Source: Heptranchias perlo
Taxonomy: Eukaryota
Direction of reading: 5' to 3'
DNA length: 64,000 nt
Assembly (NCBI RefSeq): GCF_035084215.1
Contig: NC_090332.1
Location: 25,854,001-25,918,000, forward strand
A model generated the notes under the pieces. It was not told where the DNA came from, made no database searches, and saw only the letters and a program-made list of their open reading frames with translations. Every line of letters starts with the position of its first letter. The first letter of the stretch is position 1. This document shows, one piece after another, positions 1 to 12,509 of this stretch. Position numbers and translations under genes: made by a program.

Positions 1-221
1 CCCTGACTTGGAGATATATTGCCATTCCTTCATCGTCGCTGGGTCAAAATCCTGGAACTCCTTTCCTAACAGCACTGTGGGAGAACCTTCACCCTTCACC
101 ATACGGACTGCAGCGGCTCAAGAAGGCAGCTCACCACCACCTTCTCAAGGGCAATAAGTGGTGGGAAATAAATGCTGGCCTTGCCAGCGATGCCCACATC
201 CCATGAACGTATTAAAAAAAA
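1..221 (+). mobile_element. 3' end of CR1/L2-group LINE (same family as 472-1704, 18621-18988, 59226-61794)
   Basis: Closely matches 61580-61794 (ccaccaccttctcaagggcaat...aataaatgctggccttgccagcga...cccacatcccatga) and ends in an A-tail. Confidence 0.9.
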
Positions 222-224
222 CAA

Positions 225-330
225 TGCGGTACCTTATCGAAGGCCTTTTGAAAATCCAAATATATTACATTTACTACATTACCCTTGTCTACTTTTTCTC
301 TTACTTTGTCAAATAATTCAATAAAGTCGC
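225..330 (-). mobile_element. CR1 reverse transcriptase fragment
   Basis: Reverse strand encodes a LIELFDKV...VIYLDFQKAFDKVP-like segment, homologous to the CR1 copies at 5200 and 30511. Confidence 0.75.
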
Positions 331-471
331 ATCAAGCACACAGAATTGCATACAATTCAGAAAGGACTGTTACCAAGTATAGTGGACAGTTCTCACAATC
401 AGACAGTGCCTGGACAAGTAATCGTGTAAGCAACTGTCAGAAGGTTAATGTTATAATCATTAAGAATTAGT

Positions 472-1704
472 TGTTTTTTCTAATTCGTTCATGGGATGTG
501 GGCGTCGCTGGCAAGGCCAGCATTTATTGCCCATCCCTAATTGCCCTTGAGAAGGTGGTGGTGAGCCGCCTTCTTGAACCGCTGCAGCCCGTGTGGTGAA
601 GGTTCTCCCACAGTGCTGTTAGGTAGGGAGTTCTAGGATTTTGACCCAGCGACGATGAAGGAACGGCGATACATTTCCAAGTCGGGGTGGTGTGTGACTT
701 GGAAGGTGATGTGCAGGTGGTGTTGCTCCCATGTGCCTGCTGCCCTTGTCCTTCTAGGTGGTAGAGGTCACGGGTTTGGGAGGTGCTGTCGAAGACGCCT
801 TGGCGAGTTGCTGCAGTGCATCCTGTGGATGGTACACACTGCAGCCACTGTGAGCCGGTGATGGAGGGAGTGAATGTTTAGGGTGATGGATGGGATGCCA
901 ATCAAGCGGGCTGCTTTGTCCTAGATGCTGTCGAGCTTCTTGAGCATTGTTGGAGCTGCACTCATCCAGGCAAGTGGAGAGTATTCCATCACACACCTGA
1001 CTTCTGCCTTGTAGATGGTGGAAAGGCTTTGGGGAGTCAGGAGGTGAGTCACTCGCCACAGAATACCCAGCCTCTGACCTGCTCTCGTAGCCACAGTATT
1101 TATGTGGCTGGTTCAGTTAAGTTTCTGGTCAATGGTGACCCCCAGGATGTTGATGGTGGGGGATTCGGAGATGGTAATGCCGTTGAATGTCAAGGGGAGG
1201 TGGTTAGACTCTCTCTTGTTGGAGATGGTCATTGCCTGGCACTTGTCTGGTGTGAACGTTACTTGCCACTTATGAGCCCAAGCCTGGATGTTGTCCAGGT
1301 CTTGCTGCATGCGGGCACAGACTGGTTCATTATCTATGGGGTTACGAATGGAACTGAATACTGTGCAATCATCAGCGAACATCCCCATTTCTGACCTTAT
1401 GATGGAGGGAAGGTCATTGATGAAGCAGCTGAAGATGGTTGGGCCTGGGACACTGCCTTGAGGAACTCCTGCAGCAATGTCCTGGGGCTGAGATGATTGG
1501 CCTCCAACAACCACTACCATCTTCCTTTGTGCTAGGTATGATTCCAGCCACTGGAGAGTTTTCCCCTTGATTCCCATTGACTTCAATTTTACTAGGGCTC
1601 CTTGGTGCCACACTCTGTCAAATGCTGCCTTGATGTCAAGGGCAGTCACTCTCACCTCCCCTCTGGTATTCAGCTCTTTTGTCCATGTTTGGACCAAGGC
1701 TGTT
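472..1704 (-). mobile_element. 5'-truncated LINE, RT domain plus 3' UTR
   Basis: ORF 1113-1724 has LDIKAAFDRV, GVPQGSV and FADD RT motifs; tail at 472-480; collinear with 60567-61794. Confidence 0.95.
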
Positions 1705-3000
1705 ACCTCAAATAATGAAAACATGAATTTTCATCACAAGTTTCGTATAAGGTTGAAACATACAGCAAGTCCATGGTGATTATTACAGAAGTACCTTAAG
1801 ACCCTGTGCTCGTTTTCTTTTTAATACAGAATAAAAAGTAAATTTTACAATTGAATACCTAGCGGTAATGTAGTTCAGTGGAAATGTCAGGTTAGACTAA
1901 AAGAAATAGTGACCTATTCAAGTTATCCAACATAGAAAGTCGACTACAGTACTCAAAATGGATTCATTACAAGAGCAGCAAGATGCCTGACAGGTTTTGA
2001 AAACTTGGTACTGTGCTAATAAAAGGCTCCTTTATACATTCTCTGAAGAGCATTGCTCTGGGACCAACATGATAACTCTAGTGAGAGCAGCGGAAGTACA
2101 AATCCTATCAGGGGAAAATTTTTGAAATAAAAGCATAATGTGAAACATAAATTATCTCTGCTAACAAAATGAATATAGACAGCCATTTTCACCAAAACAA
2201 ATGTGACAATGCACTAATCTGTGATTAAAATCAAGGAAGACAAGCAGATAAAGTGGTTATCTGTTATAAGGTTAACATTGTCTTTATCAAAAATTATAAC
2301 TTTTATCAGATAATTAAACAAAGTGGGAGAAGGAACAGTTTAACAGCGAATACATTCTCCCCTGCATTACACGGAGGGTCTCAGTATCCCCATATACAGT
2401 TAAATGGATATGATGTTGTTGTAACTCTTACGTATTTATAATTTACCATAATACTTTAATCTTACATAAAATGTAAAGATTGCTCACTCTCCCTCACTTT
2501 AAGCACTCCAGGGCTTGAGCACATAATGTAATCTGACCCCTCAGGGCGGATGTCCACACACTGTACTAAACATGAACATGCACAGAACTTATTCTGCCCT
2601 TAATCAGGCATTCAGTATAGCTAATGAGGTTTTCAAAAATATTTTGAACCCTGAAATATGTAGACCACAAACTCAACACTTCACGCAAAGTACCCGTGGT
2701 CTTCCATATACCCCACTGTGAAAATTAGCTGAGTGTTAATTCAGTTTGAAACAGACATAGAATTCAAGGGAGAGTGTGGAAATTTTAGCTGAATGCTGAT
2801 TCTGTATGCCAATATACCATAAACATGTCTGTGCTACATTATAAACATGTCTGTCTGAGGCAAAGAAGAGTTTGCGTGTCAAGTGTTGTCCTTCTCTATT
2901 GCACCAGCCATTCGTTTTACTCAGGATCCTACCTACCCACTTAAAGATCTTTTCAAGTAAACTCCAATTTCCCCCCCCAATCCCCCATTGGTTTCATTGC

Positions 3001-3160
3001 ACCAGCATGACTCAACGGTAGCACTCATATCTCTGAATCAGAAGATTGCATGTTCAAGCTCCAGGACTTAAACATAAAAGCTGAGCTGACACTTCGCTGC
3101 AGGACCAGGACCCTGTCTGTCTGTTCAGATGGATGTAAAAGATTCATCTTTAACTACTTA
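3001..3160 (+). mobile_element. tRNA-derived SINE, 5' fragment
   Basis: Degenerate head (gactcaacggtagcactc...gttcaagctcca) matching the copies at 4065, 13919 and 53372. Confidence 0.7.
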
Positions 3161-4064
3161 AAAAAAATGTGAAACATTTAGCAGGAAGCTAGAGACCTTG
3201 TTTCAGTAATAAACTTCACGCATGCATATAACATTTTTTAAAAATAAAACAAAACTTTTTTTTAAAAAAACACACAAATTAGAATCATAAAATATTACAG
3301 CACAGAAAAAGGTGATTTGGCCCATCAAGTGTGGATCAAGCCAGCATAATTCCTGGTGTGATTAAAACCCCTGATATACAAACATCTGTTTGTATATCTG
3401 TATGGGAACATGGGATAATTTTTTCTTCACAATGTCAATATAACCAGGTTATCCCACAACCTTTAGTCACACACCTGTGAAAGAGAATAACCTTGCCAGA
3501 TTTGCTTCAGGGGGCTGAGCTTAATTATAGCTGTTTGCAGATTTACATCTACATATTTCAATACTAGGCAAGATTTGCAATTACCGAATTTAAATATTTC
3601 CAAATTATCATTGCATAGCATGCCAGTTTGAGCTCTGGTGCTAGTGGGAGCTATGTAACAGAACCAGTCGACCTCAGCCTTATTACACAAAGTTCTGCGG
3701 GGACTAATAGTGTGGGTTTTGATTATCAAAGCGTTTTAAGTCTTTTTTTCATATATTTTATTGGTCTGGCAGTCATTTGGTTATTTGACCAAAATCTTGT
3801 CATCCAACTAAATTTCAAATAATACCATTGCTACACAAATTTATGAGCCTTTAGATCCCCATGAAGATTCTCTCTACAAGAATATACATACACTCATAAA
3901 ATCTGTATTCTCAGGTTCAAAACCCACGAAGAATTTATGATACATTATAAGTAGGTTAACATTCAAAATTTTATCAGACAGAAGCAGCAGCTTATAATAT
4001 ATTACCTTTACCCAACCTTGACTACAGTCATGTAGACCTTACTACTCAATACACCATCCATAGG

Positions 4065-4299
4065 AACTTGGCTCAGTGGCAGCACTCTCACCTCTGAATC
4101 AGAAGCTCGTGTGTTCAAGCCCCACTCTATTCATTTGAGCACAAAATCAGGGCTCACACTTCAGCGTGGTACTGGACTACTACGCTGTCGGAGATGACAC
4201 CTTCCAATGAGACATTAAACTGTCTTCATTTGATGTGAAGCACTTTGGGATGTAGTGAGGATGTGAAAGTTACTATAGAAATGCATGTTTTCTTTCTTC
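4065..4299 (+). mobile_element. tRNA-derived SINE, internally deleted
   Basis: A-box tggctcagtgg and B-box gttcaagccc, then a jump to the L2-like tail gtgaagcactttgggatg...ctatagaaatgca. Confidence 0.8.
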
Positions 4300-4593
4300 G
4301 TCATTTGTATCTATAATTATTCAACACATCAGGAAAGGTAGCAGGACATTAAATCATGGCAGAATCAAGATTAATACTGGGATTGGTTAAAACCTCTAGT
4401 ATCAGAATGTCAATTTTAGGATATAATCTGTACTCCCTGTGCAAATGTCAATCCAAGTTTAAACTTAGTGGACCATTTTTAACATATGGTAAAATTTCAG
4501 GTGTACACCATTCTTCAGAATTGAAAAAAAAGACAAGCAAGCCCTTTTGGAAGGTGAAAAAGCAAAAAACAAAGGAGTTGCTTATCTATCCAT

Positions 4594-4705
4594 TCTGAAG
4601 AAGGGTATACACCTTAAATGTTAATCTGTTTTTTTACAAATGCTGTGAATTTCCAGCATTTTCTATTTCTATTTTACATTTCCAGCATTTGCAATTTTTT
4701 CTTTT
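4594..4705 (+). repeat. Penelope-like terminal-repeat remnant with decayed minimal hammerhead motif
   Basis: ctgaagaagggt...ccttaaatgttaa...atgctg...tttccagcattttct...tttccagcatttgca resembles a common elasmobranch Penelope-derived repeat (recognised from memory). Confidence 0.5.
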
Positions 4706-5199
4706 CTTTTTAACTGCTTTTATATACATATAGATGTAAACTGGATATAATGGCAACAAACTCCAAGGCCAGTGATTGCTTTAGCACTCTGCTTTGACTC
4801 AACTAGTGCGGCAAACCCCCATACAGACACATCGAGGTATAATTAGGCAATAGTGAATTCCCAAACAGTGTCACGGCACACCTGGATAGCCACCTCAGAG
4901 TCAGAATAACATTATGAGAGTTATGAATCAGCAAGGGTATAGTTGCTCCCCTTAGAACAGCATCAACGCTCCTAGAGACATGCAAGGATTTTTCTGGAAC
5001 TTTTTATAAAGCATCCAACAACAGACACATTTGAATTCTGCTCAAAATGACTTGAGCTGTTAAGAAGGAATAAATGCATGCCCTTACCAGTTTTATAACA
5101 TGTTAGTTTTCTAATCAATTACTGAGTTGTCTGTTTGAGGTCCACACAATGGCATTCCAACTTTAAATACCTTTGTGCCATTCCCCCAAATTGTGACTA

Positions 5200-6458
5200 T
5201 TATGTATGGCGAAGAAATCGTGTTTGACAAATCTATTATTTTGAAGGTGTAACTAGCAGGGTAGATAAGGGGGAACCAGTGGATGTAGTATATTTTGATT
5301 TTCAAAAGACATTCGATTACGTGCCACACAAGAGGTTGTTACACAAGATTAGGGCTCATAGGATTAGGGGGTAGTATATTAGCATGGACTGAGGATTGGT
5401 TCATGGACTGAAAACAGAGAATAGGAAAAATGGGTCGTTTTCCAGTTGGCAGGTTGTAACTAGTGGAGTGCCGCAAGGATCAGTGCTTGGGCCTCAGCTG
5501 TTTACAATATACATTAATGACTTAGACGAGGGGACCGTGTGTAATGTATCCAAGGCTGACGATACAAAGCTACATGGGGAAGTAAGCTGTGAGCAGGATG
5601 CAAAAAGGCTGCAAAGGGATTATAGACAGGGTAAGCGAGTGGGCGAGAAGGTGGCAGATGGAGTACAACGTGGGGAAATGTGAAATTATCCACTTTGGTT
5701 GGAAAAAGAGAAAAACAGAATATTTTTTTTAAAAGATGAGAGACTAAGAAATGTTGGTAGTCAGAGGGATTTGGGTGTCCTTGTACACGAATCACAAAAT
5801 GTTAACATGCAGGTACAGCAAGCAATTAGGAAGACAAATGGTATGTTAGCCTTTATTGCAAGGGGGTTGGAGTATAAGAGTAAAGAAGTCTTGCTGCAAT
5901 TATATAGGGCTCTGGTGAGACCACACCTGGAGTACTGTGTACAGTTTTGGTCTGCTTACCTAAGGAAGGATATACCTGCTTTGGAGGGGGGGCAACCAAG
6001 GTTCACTAGATTGATTCCTGGGATGAGAGGGTTGTCTATGAGGAGAGATTGAGTAAAATGGGCCTTTATTCTCTGGAGTTTAGAAGAATGAGGGGTGATC
6101 TCATTAAAACATATAAAATTCTTAGAGGGCATATGCTGAGAGGCTGTTTCCCCTGGCTGGAGAGTCTAGAACAAGGGGTCACAGTTTAAAGATAAGAGGA
6201 CCGAGATGAGGAAAAATTTCTTCACTCAGAAGCCGGTGAATTTTTGGAATTCTCTACTCCAGGGCGCTGTGGATGCTCAGTTGTTGAGTATATTCAAGAT
6301 TGAGATCGATCGACTTTTGGACACTAAAGGAATCAAGGGATAGGGCAGGGAAGTGGAGTTAAGGTAGAAGATTAGCCATGATCATATTGAATGGCGGAGC
6401 AGGCTCGAAGGGCTGTATGGCCTCCTCCTGTTCCTACTTCCCATGTTCTTATGTTCTT
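5200..6458 (+). mobile_element. CR1 LINE, 5'-truncated and frameshifted
   Basis: ORFs 5396 and 5699 ([29 protein letters not shown]); CR1 tail atgttcttatgttctt. Confidence 0.95.
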
Positions 6459-7349
6459 AAAAATAGGATTCCTTTTTCTCAAAAAAGGACTGAATTTAAA
6501 AACATGACTACAAATAGATAACATTTCCTTTTCAATAACTCTTAATTTTAAGATTCCCTAAATCCTATTGACTATACGATTTAGTCCATTTGCTCAAACA
6601 AATTTGAAAACCATTATAGAAATACTTGCACTGTGACGAACACAAAACTGTAACCAGTTTTAAGAAAACTTGACTGTGATTAGGATAAAATGGGGACTAT
6701 TCATATTTAATGTAATGCTATTTACATGCAACGAACAGAAGAAAAGCCACAGATCTAAAACAGGTACATGTACCTGGATTTTTCAAAGTATTTTTTTTGG
6801 GGGGGGGGGGGGGGGGGGGAGGAGCAAGAGAGGAATTTTTTTTTTTTTTTTAAAAGATTGCAGTTTAGAAACTGGTAGTCAGAGAACGTGCAATGGGAAT
6901 TATTCTCAACAGAATTGCATTACCATCTCTTATGAATTATAATGAAATGCCGACTGATGATTTCCCCCCAATACTTCCAAGTGCTTTCCATAAAAAATTA
7001 ACAAAAGCAAGTGAGAACTCTGGACAAATTCACACAGGTATAACATTAGAAATAGCATCAATGGCAAAGTAGACGTTCATTCTTTATAAGCTCGTCACCT
7101 AGCTTTCAATTTTTTTGCCATTTCGGTCCTCAGCTTCTTAAATGAAACAATGCAATAGTCTAATTAATACTGTACATCAAGTACTTTCTATTTTTCCTTT
7201 CTAAAAATTGCATATGATAATACATCAAGCACAATATTACTTTGAAGACAAAAAATGTCAGTGTCCCTAAAAAGGATTACCTATTAATCTATCAAATTTA
7301 TTTGAGATAAAAAAAACAACTTGAGTTTGTTAAATGGTTGATGAATTAC

Positions 7350-7426
7350 CAGTGCAGAAGTTGATCAATGTTGAGGCATCATACACGGAGGGCATATTGG
7401 GCAAATCGTCTTCCATGCTCGTCTTC
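7350..7426 (-). CDS. Candidate host-gene exon; coding 7416-7350, MEDDLPNMPSVYDASTLINFCT plus one base (phase 1); gene unidentified
   Basis: Minus strand: acceptor tttgttctttatag, 77-nt exon, donor CTG|gtaatt; only one open frame; ATG in strong context (AGCATGG); unique sequence. Confidence 0.55.
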
Positions 7427-8539
7427 CTATAAAGAACAAACCAGTTTGGTCTGTTTTTCTCCTCCTTTCCAATGATTTCACAACAAGCACAGCTCCAGCA
7501 TTCTTTGAATTCTGAGGAAATCCTCCCAGTCCAGATGGCTGGTGACAAAGCACTTCTGTGTTGGCACAAATAAAAACTCCACAAGACACCCACCCGTTCC
7601 TTCTGCCTGTCTGAGCACACCAAGCACTGAAGAGCAAGGGGGAGGGGAGCAGACAGCGTCCTGGACACTTCGGGGAGTGACCAGGCCCCCAGCTTCAAGA
7701 AAGTCCTAAACACAACAAACAACCGCACTTGCTACCTGGGAGACTTCAGTCACAAGCCTTGAAGTACTTTGGAGCATTTCTGCCCTGGCTAAATGCAACA
7801 ATCCTCTGCTACGCCAGCATTCCTCTGGGACAATACACTTGGAATTGCAAATACTCCACAACTTTCTCAGTACGAGAGGATTTTATCTTCAGAGCAAACT
7901 GTAAGGGCCAAAGGAGATCTAATGAATGCAACATGTGTTCATTCTTTTAGTAGCAGCCTCCCAAGCCAACTGAGTGTGCCTTCAGTTAGGGAAATGTCAA
8001 GGCAATTACAAAGCTATTGCCGAACAATCTGGGCAAAGAATTATTTAATGTGTTAGACCTTTAGGAACAATTACAAAGAGAGGAACTACGTAAGCAGCAT
8101 CAGAAATTAACTATTTCCTGCATTTCCTAAGCCTTGTTGAGTTAAAAAGAAAAACCAGGGGGGGGGGGGGGGGGTGTGGGGGGTAAACAAAAATAACTCT
8201 CAACAGGTTAAACATGTTAGAAAGTGGTGCTTATTATGTGCTGTGTTATGGAGAGACAGAATACATAAGCAGCCACAGCACATGGAGCTCTTACTTGCAG
8301 TTTAACAAAGTAAAGGTGAGGAGGGGAGAATGGAGAATTACCACTCTTTTGATCAGAGAATTGTATTTGGTGTAGGAAACAAATCGAACAAGAGTGTAGA
8401 AACGTAAATCACTTTTTTTTAAAAAGTGGGAATATTAGTCTAAAAGTCAGTTATTCAAAATTAACTTTGAAAACGAGTAACATTTTATTTGTTTAACTTC
8501 TGTAACAATGCAGATAAAATGTAACTTTATTGAGGCAGA

Positions 8540-8790
8540 CAAGCACACTAGGGCCCTGTTACGCTATTTCACCCCTGGAACCTGGGGTCAAACTCAGCCC
8601 AGGTTCCAGGGGTGAAATAGTCTTTAGATATCTGCTAATGATTCTAAGCTGTGTTTGGGCTGTTTTGATCCAATTCCATAGGACGATGACCTCTTCACAA
8701 AAACTGTTCATTAATTCAACACAACTGGTACTAATTCAGCAATCAGTAGAAGAAATATGCTGCTGTAGTAGTACATTTCAGTGGTATTAT
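8540..8790 (+). mobile_element. Old tRNA-derived SINE (AmnSINE2-like) containing a perfect hairpin
   Basis: tttcacccctggaacctggggtcaaactcagcccag head with decayed B-box, followed by a degenerate body; family call from memory. Confidence 0.45.
8564..8620. repeat. Perfect 23-bp inverted repeat with 11-nt loop
   Basis: ctatttcacccctggaacctggg (8564-8586) and cccaggttccaggggtgaaatag (8598-8620) are exact reverse complements. Confidence 0.97.
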
Positions 8791-9029
8791 CATGGTGTTG
8801 AGTCATGATGTCATCATGCACAATCTCCTTACTGAAGTCATGTCAAATATTACATGCATGCTCACTGGCCAAAATGTCAGCCAGTCTGTGCACGCACTTC
8901 CCATTTGCCGCCAATTCACAAGGAGATTAGCAGTGAAGGAAAGTAAATCTCATGACTTCAGCACTTACAATAAGTTTTGAAGAGTGGGCTACTCTCCCAA
9001 GAGCTGGCCTAATATATAAAAGGGACTTC

Positions 9030-9210
9030 CAACTTGCTTCCAGGTCATGGTTCCATAGCTGCTGGGCCCTTTGTTACCAAACCCAAATTATTATTCTCTA
9101 TGTTGAACCCGTATGGTGACTCCATGTATGATATTCAACTGCGAGAGGCATCACAACTCTGCCTGATCTTGTCCTCATCTGACATCCACATGTGTACTTC
9201 AAGCATACTA
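9030..9210 (-). mobile_element. LF-SINE-like fragment
   Basis: Reverse strand gtggatgtcagatgaggacaagatcaggcagagttgtgatgcc matches the body of the copies at 12510 and 55830. Confidence 0.6.
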
Positions 9211-9932
9211 TCCTAAAGAACAAAAGCTGAAAAACAGCTTAAAAAAAACTGACAGCTGAAAAACAGCCCTGAATTTGAGCTTTATGGCACATGACACTTA
9301 AACTGCAGTGGGGCACAGGCTTGCACAACAAACTGCAGTTATACCCAATTAGTTTTATTGCAAAAGAAAAAAAACTTAAGGGTACAAAAGCATGGTTTCC
9401 AGCAGTGGCTGATTTAGGTTACTGCAGGGGGTTCAAAGTGCTGAAGGCATGAGATTTGCTTTTCACCAGGATCAGGGGCATGCCCCTGTGACATTTTGGA
9501 GTCTTGTGTAAATCTGCCTTTCAGCCAAAAATAATTTCTCTTGGAAGAGTTAGATATTTTAAATAGGAAATCAAAAAGTAGTTGTAGAGACTTTCATACA
9601 ACTTTAAGTGGTCCAGTTCCTTTCACTGGGAATCTAACCCCAACCAAATCATGTTAATTATGATCTGAAGCTTTTTACAAAACACATCAACAATAATCCC
9701 AACTAATAGAATGTAGGAAGCACAAGGCAAAACTGGCTGACTATCAGATCTTTTAGTGTTGCAGGCCCCATGACAGCCAAGAAGCAGGCAGTAGATTACC
9801 TGGATTTGAGGGTAAGTTAATTTAACCATTTTAAATAAATTTTTATTTTTAAAGTAGCTTCAGTAGCAATGATGACAGATCATATCACTAAAACAATGCC
9901 CTAGTTTTGATGACTGGTCACATCCAAACATT

Positions 9933-10699
9933 AGTCCAGATTTTGCTGCCAAAGTAATGAGGAGTTTAATGTGCACACCGTTATTAATGCGGAAACTGTC
10001 CAGTAACTTGTGGCGAGGAAGAGATGCCCCTTGAATTGCGAATTGCCACAAGATGCTGGACGATTTGAGCTGCTCCGCCATTAGCCTCGTGAAAACGACA
10101 GCTCATCCTCAACCTCCCCATGAGTTTCAAGAAATTGTCGCATTTGCATGTTAATAGCCAACTAAACTCGCCACAGAAAGTTAAGACTAGTACTTAACAG
10201 TGCAAGCACCTTTTTAAGGACAAGATTTATGTTCCTGCAATGCCACTCAACTTCTCTGGTTCAGAAAGGGAACAATTTAAACTGTGGAGTCTCAATCCTA
10301 CAGGTAGTAAGTTGTTGTTAGAGATTTTTAAAATTTTAGATTTTAAATGTTTTTATTTTTTTCTTACTTTTCCTTTGTCTCTCTCTCTCTCTCTCTCTTT
10401 CTCTTAATCCAATCTTTCTCTCCCTTTCTTTATTTCTCTTTCTGTACCTGGTTTGACTCCAATTCACCTGATTTCCTTCTCCATCATTCCTCTGTATCTT
10501 TCTCAATACTGAAATCTCATTGGTTAGAGATAGACTGTTGGATCCGTCATTCACCAAGGTCCCAGATGCCCTATGGACCTCACAAGTCCCTCGTTATCAG
10601 GTTTCACTTCCACCCAAAAAATTTAAGCTGAAGGGTGAGGGAAAAGGTCTAACTAACGGGGCACGCCGCGAGGTGCCCTGCTCCGGCAAAATCTGGACC
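9933..10699. mobile_element. Non-autonomous Harbinger-type MITE, 767 bp
   Basis: TIRs (a/g)gtccagattttgc ... gcaaaatctggacc; 3-bp TSD ATT at 9930-9932 and 10700-10702; inverted relative at 26143-27326. Confidence 0.85.
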
Positions 10700-10754
10700 A
10701 TTATCTTTTCTTTTCTCTTTTAGATGCTGATAAATCTGCTATGAATTCCAAACA

Positions 10755-11463
10755 TTTTAACCCCTATTTTAATTCGGGCAGTGGCCGAGGCAGATGACAA
10801 ACTGTCCTGACCTCAGCAGCATGAGGCTCAGGAGATTTTAACACCCTGTGGCAAGTGGCAGTTGGCTGGCAGGCAGGAGCGGAACGTCGGGCAACAGAAG
10901 GCCATCATCAGGGAGTGGAGGCTGATGGCAAATCATCTCAATCTCAGTAGCATGAAGCCTGGGAGATTTTTCCTGGAAAGGGCCAGAAGCGGCAGCTAGA
11001 AGGCGAGCGGAAGCACAATGTCAGGCGGAAGAAGGCCACCATCAGGGACCGGAGAAACACTCCCTGGCAGAGGAGGGAACTTCAGGAGGACCTTGCGATG
11101 GGTGGGAGGGTAAGCCTGGGGTGAGAGAGATTTAAAATTTACTTTTGGGGCCCACAGAAACACTCCTACTCACAAGGAAAGTAAAAAATAAAGGAACACC
11201 ACTTACCTTTTTTGGGCCTCGGCTCCTCTAGGTTGATCTAACAGGGAAGGCACAGGCCTCCGGTTAAAATTGTAGTCGGGACCCAGTGACATCGGAGTCC
11301 GACTTGCATATTTAATAAAAACCCTGCTGGCTTCTGGCAGGTATCCAATTCTCCTGCACATAAGAGCAGGTTAAAATCGGAACCTCGGTGGGCAAGTTCC
11401 ACCGGCCATTTTAACTGCCTGACTTCCTGGTTTCTGCCGAGCAAGGAGCGTTAAAATTGGCCC
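10755..11463. mobile_element. GC-rich non-autonomous DNA element (Harbinger-type MITE), left end decayed
   Basis: Right end gttaaaattggccc (reverse complement GGGCCAATTTTAAC); recurring attttaac/gttaaaat motifs; internal duplication. Confidence 0.6.
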
Positions 11464-11540
11464 TTTTGTTTTTAAAACTTTAAAACACGAGGCTAGAAAT
11501 TACTGCTGGTTATAATAGCAAATGAGCACTCAACACTATT

Positions 11541-12212
11541 TTACATAGGAATTGCTAGACGAAGAAAGACCAAGGTCCATCTAGTTCGCCTTCTATCATC
11601 TAGGTAGTCGCATGATACAACAATAATGGAGTTGCTGACTAATCATAGCAATCGATCACTATCAGTTAGTCTACAACAGACCCAGACTTGAGGCAAGGAA
11701 AATCCCAATGGTGGAAAGCGTTGGGAGCCATAAGTCCAAAGTCATCTGTTCCTCCCAAGCATGCTACACTTACCCATACATCATCTCTCAAATTACTCAC
11801 TGACTAAGTCCCAAAATATTATTTTCTGAAAGAAATCTATCTAATTTGCATTTGCATAAATCCAATACTATCTGCTTCCACCATCTCCCCAGGGAGCATG
11901 TTTCATAGATTGACCGCTCGTTCACTGAGGGAATGTTTCCTCAAGAATGTTTCTGCAGATTAATTTTGAATTCCCCACCCTTCAAGCGCAGGCCGTGTCC
12001 TCTGGTTCTACAGTTCTGGACAAGGCGAAACAGCTCATCATGGTCTACATTGTCTAGTCCCTTTAGAATCCTAAAAAAAAATCTCCTCTCCAACTTCTCC
12101 TTTCCAGTGAGAATGTGCCCAATTTACATAATCGCTCCTCATAATCTAATCCCTCCATCCCCTCAATCAATCTGGTTGCTCTTATCTGTATTCTTTCAAT
12201 AGCTGCAATATC
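11541..12212 (-). mobile_element. Older CR1-type LINE 3' end
   Basis: Reverse strand has a CR1 ORF2 C-terminus-like segment and the 3' terminus gaaggcgaactagatggaccttggtc...ttcctatgtaa. Confidence 0.7.
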
Positions 12213-12214
12213 CT

Positions 12215-12507
12215 TTGGTCATCTTTTTATTTAAATCCCTTCATGCCTTGCTCCTCCCTATCGCTAACCTCTCTTCCATGCCTTTAGTCTCTTAGGCCCC
12301 ATGCTCTGAAATTCCTTCCCTAAACCCCTTCACTTTACTCTCCCTTTTAAGACCAATCTTGAAACCTCCATCTTTAGATAAACTTTTCATCATCCCCTCC
12401 ATCAGTCCTTCTTTGACTCAGCATCTATTATTTTTTTCCTTCACACCTCTGTGAAGCACCTTGGGACACTTTTTTATGTTATTGGTGATATATTGCAAGC
12501 TGTTGTA
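12215..12507 (+). mobile_element. L2-type LINE 3' end
   Basis: ctctgaaattccttccctaaacc...ctgtgaagcaccttgggac...atatattgcaagctgttg tail, homologous to 26808-27265. Confidence 0.7.
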
Positions 12508-12509
12508 TG

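Noticed and set aside
7330-7728. 132-aa single-exon gene
   Set aside because: Begins at a non-ATG codon; only the 77-nt part bounded by splice signals looks like an exon
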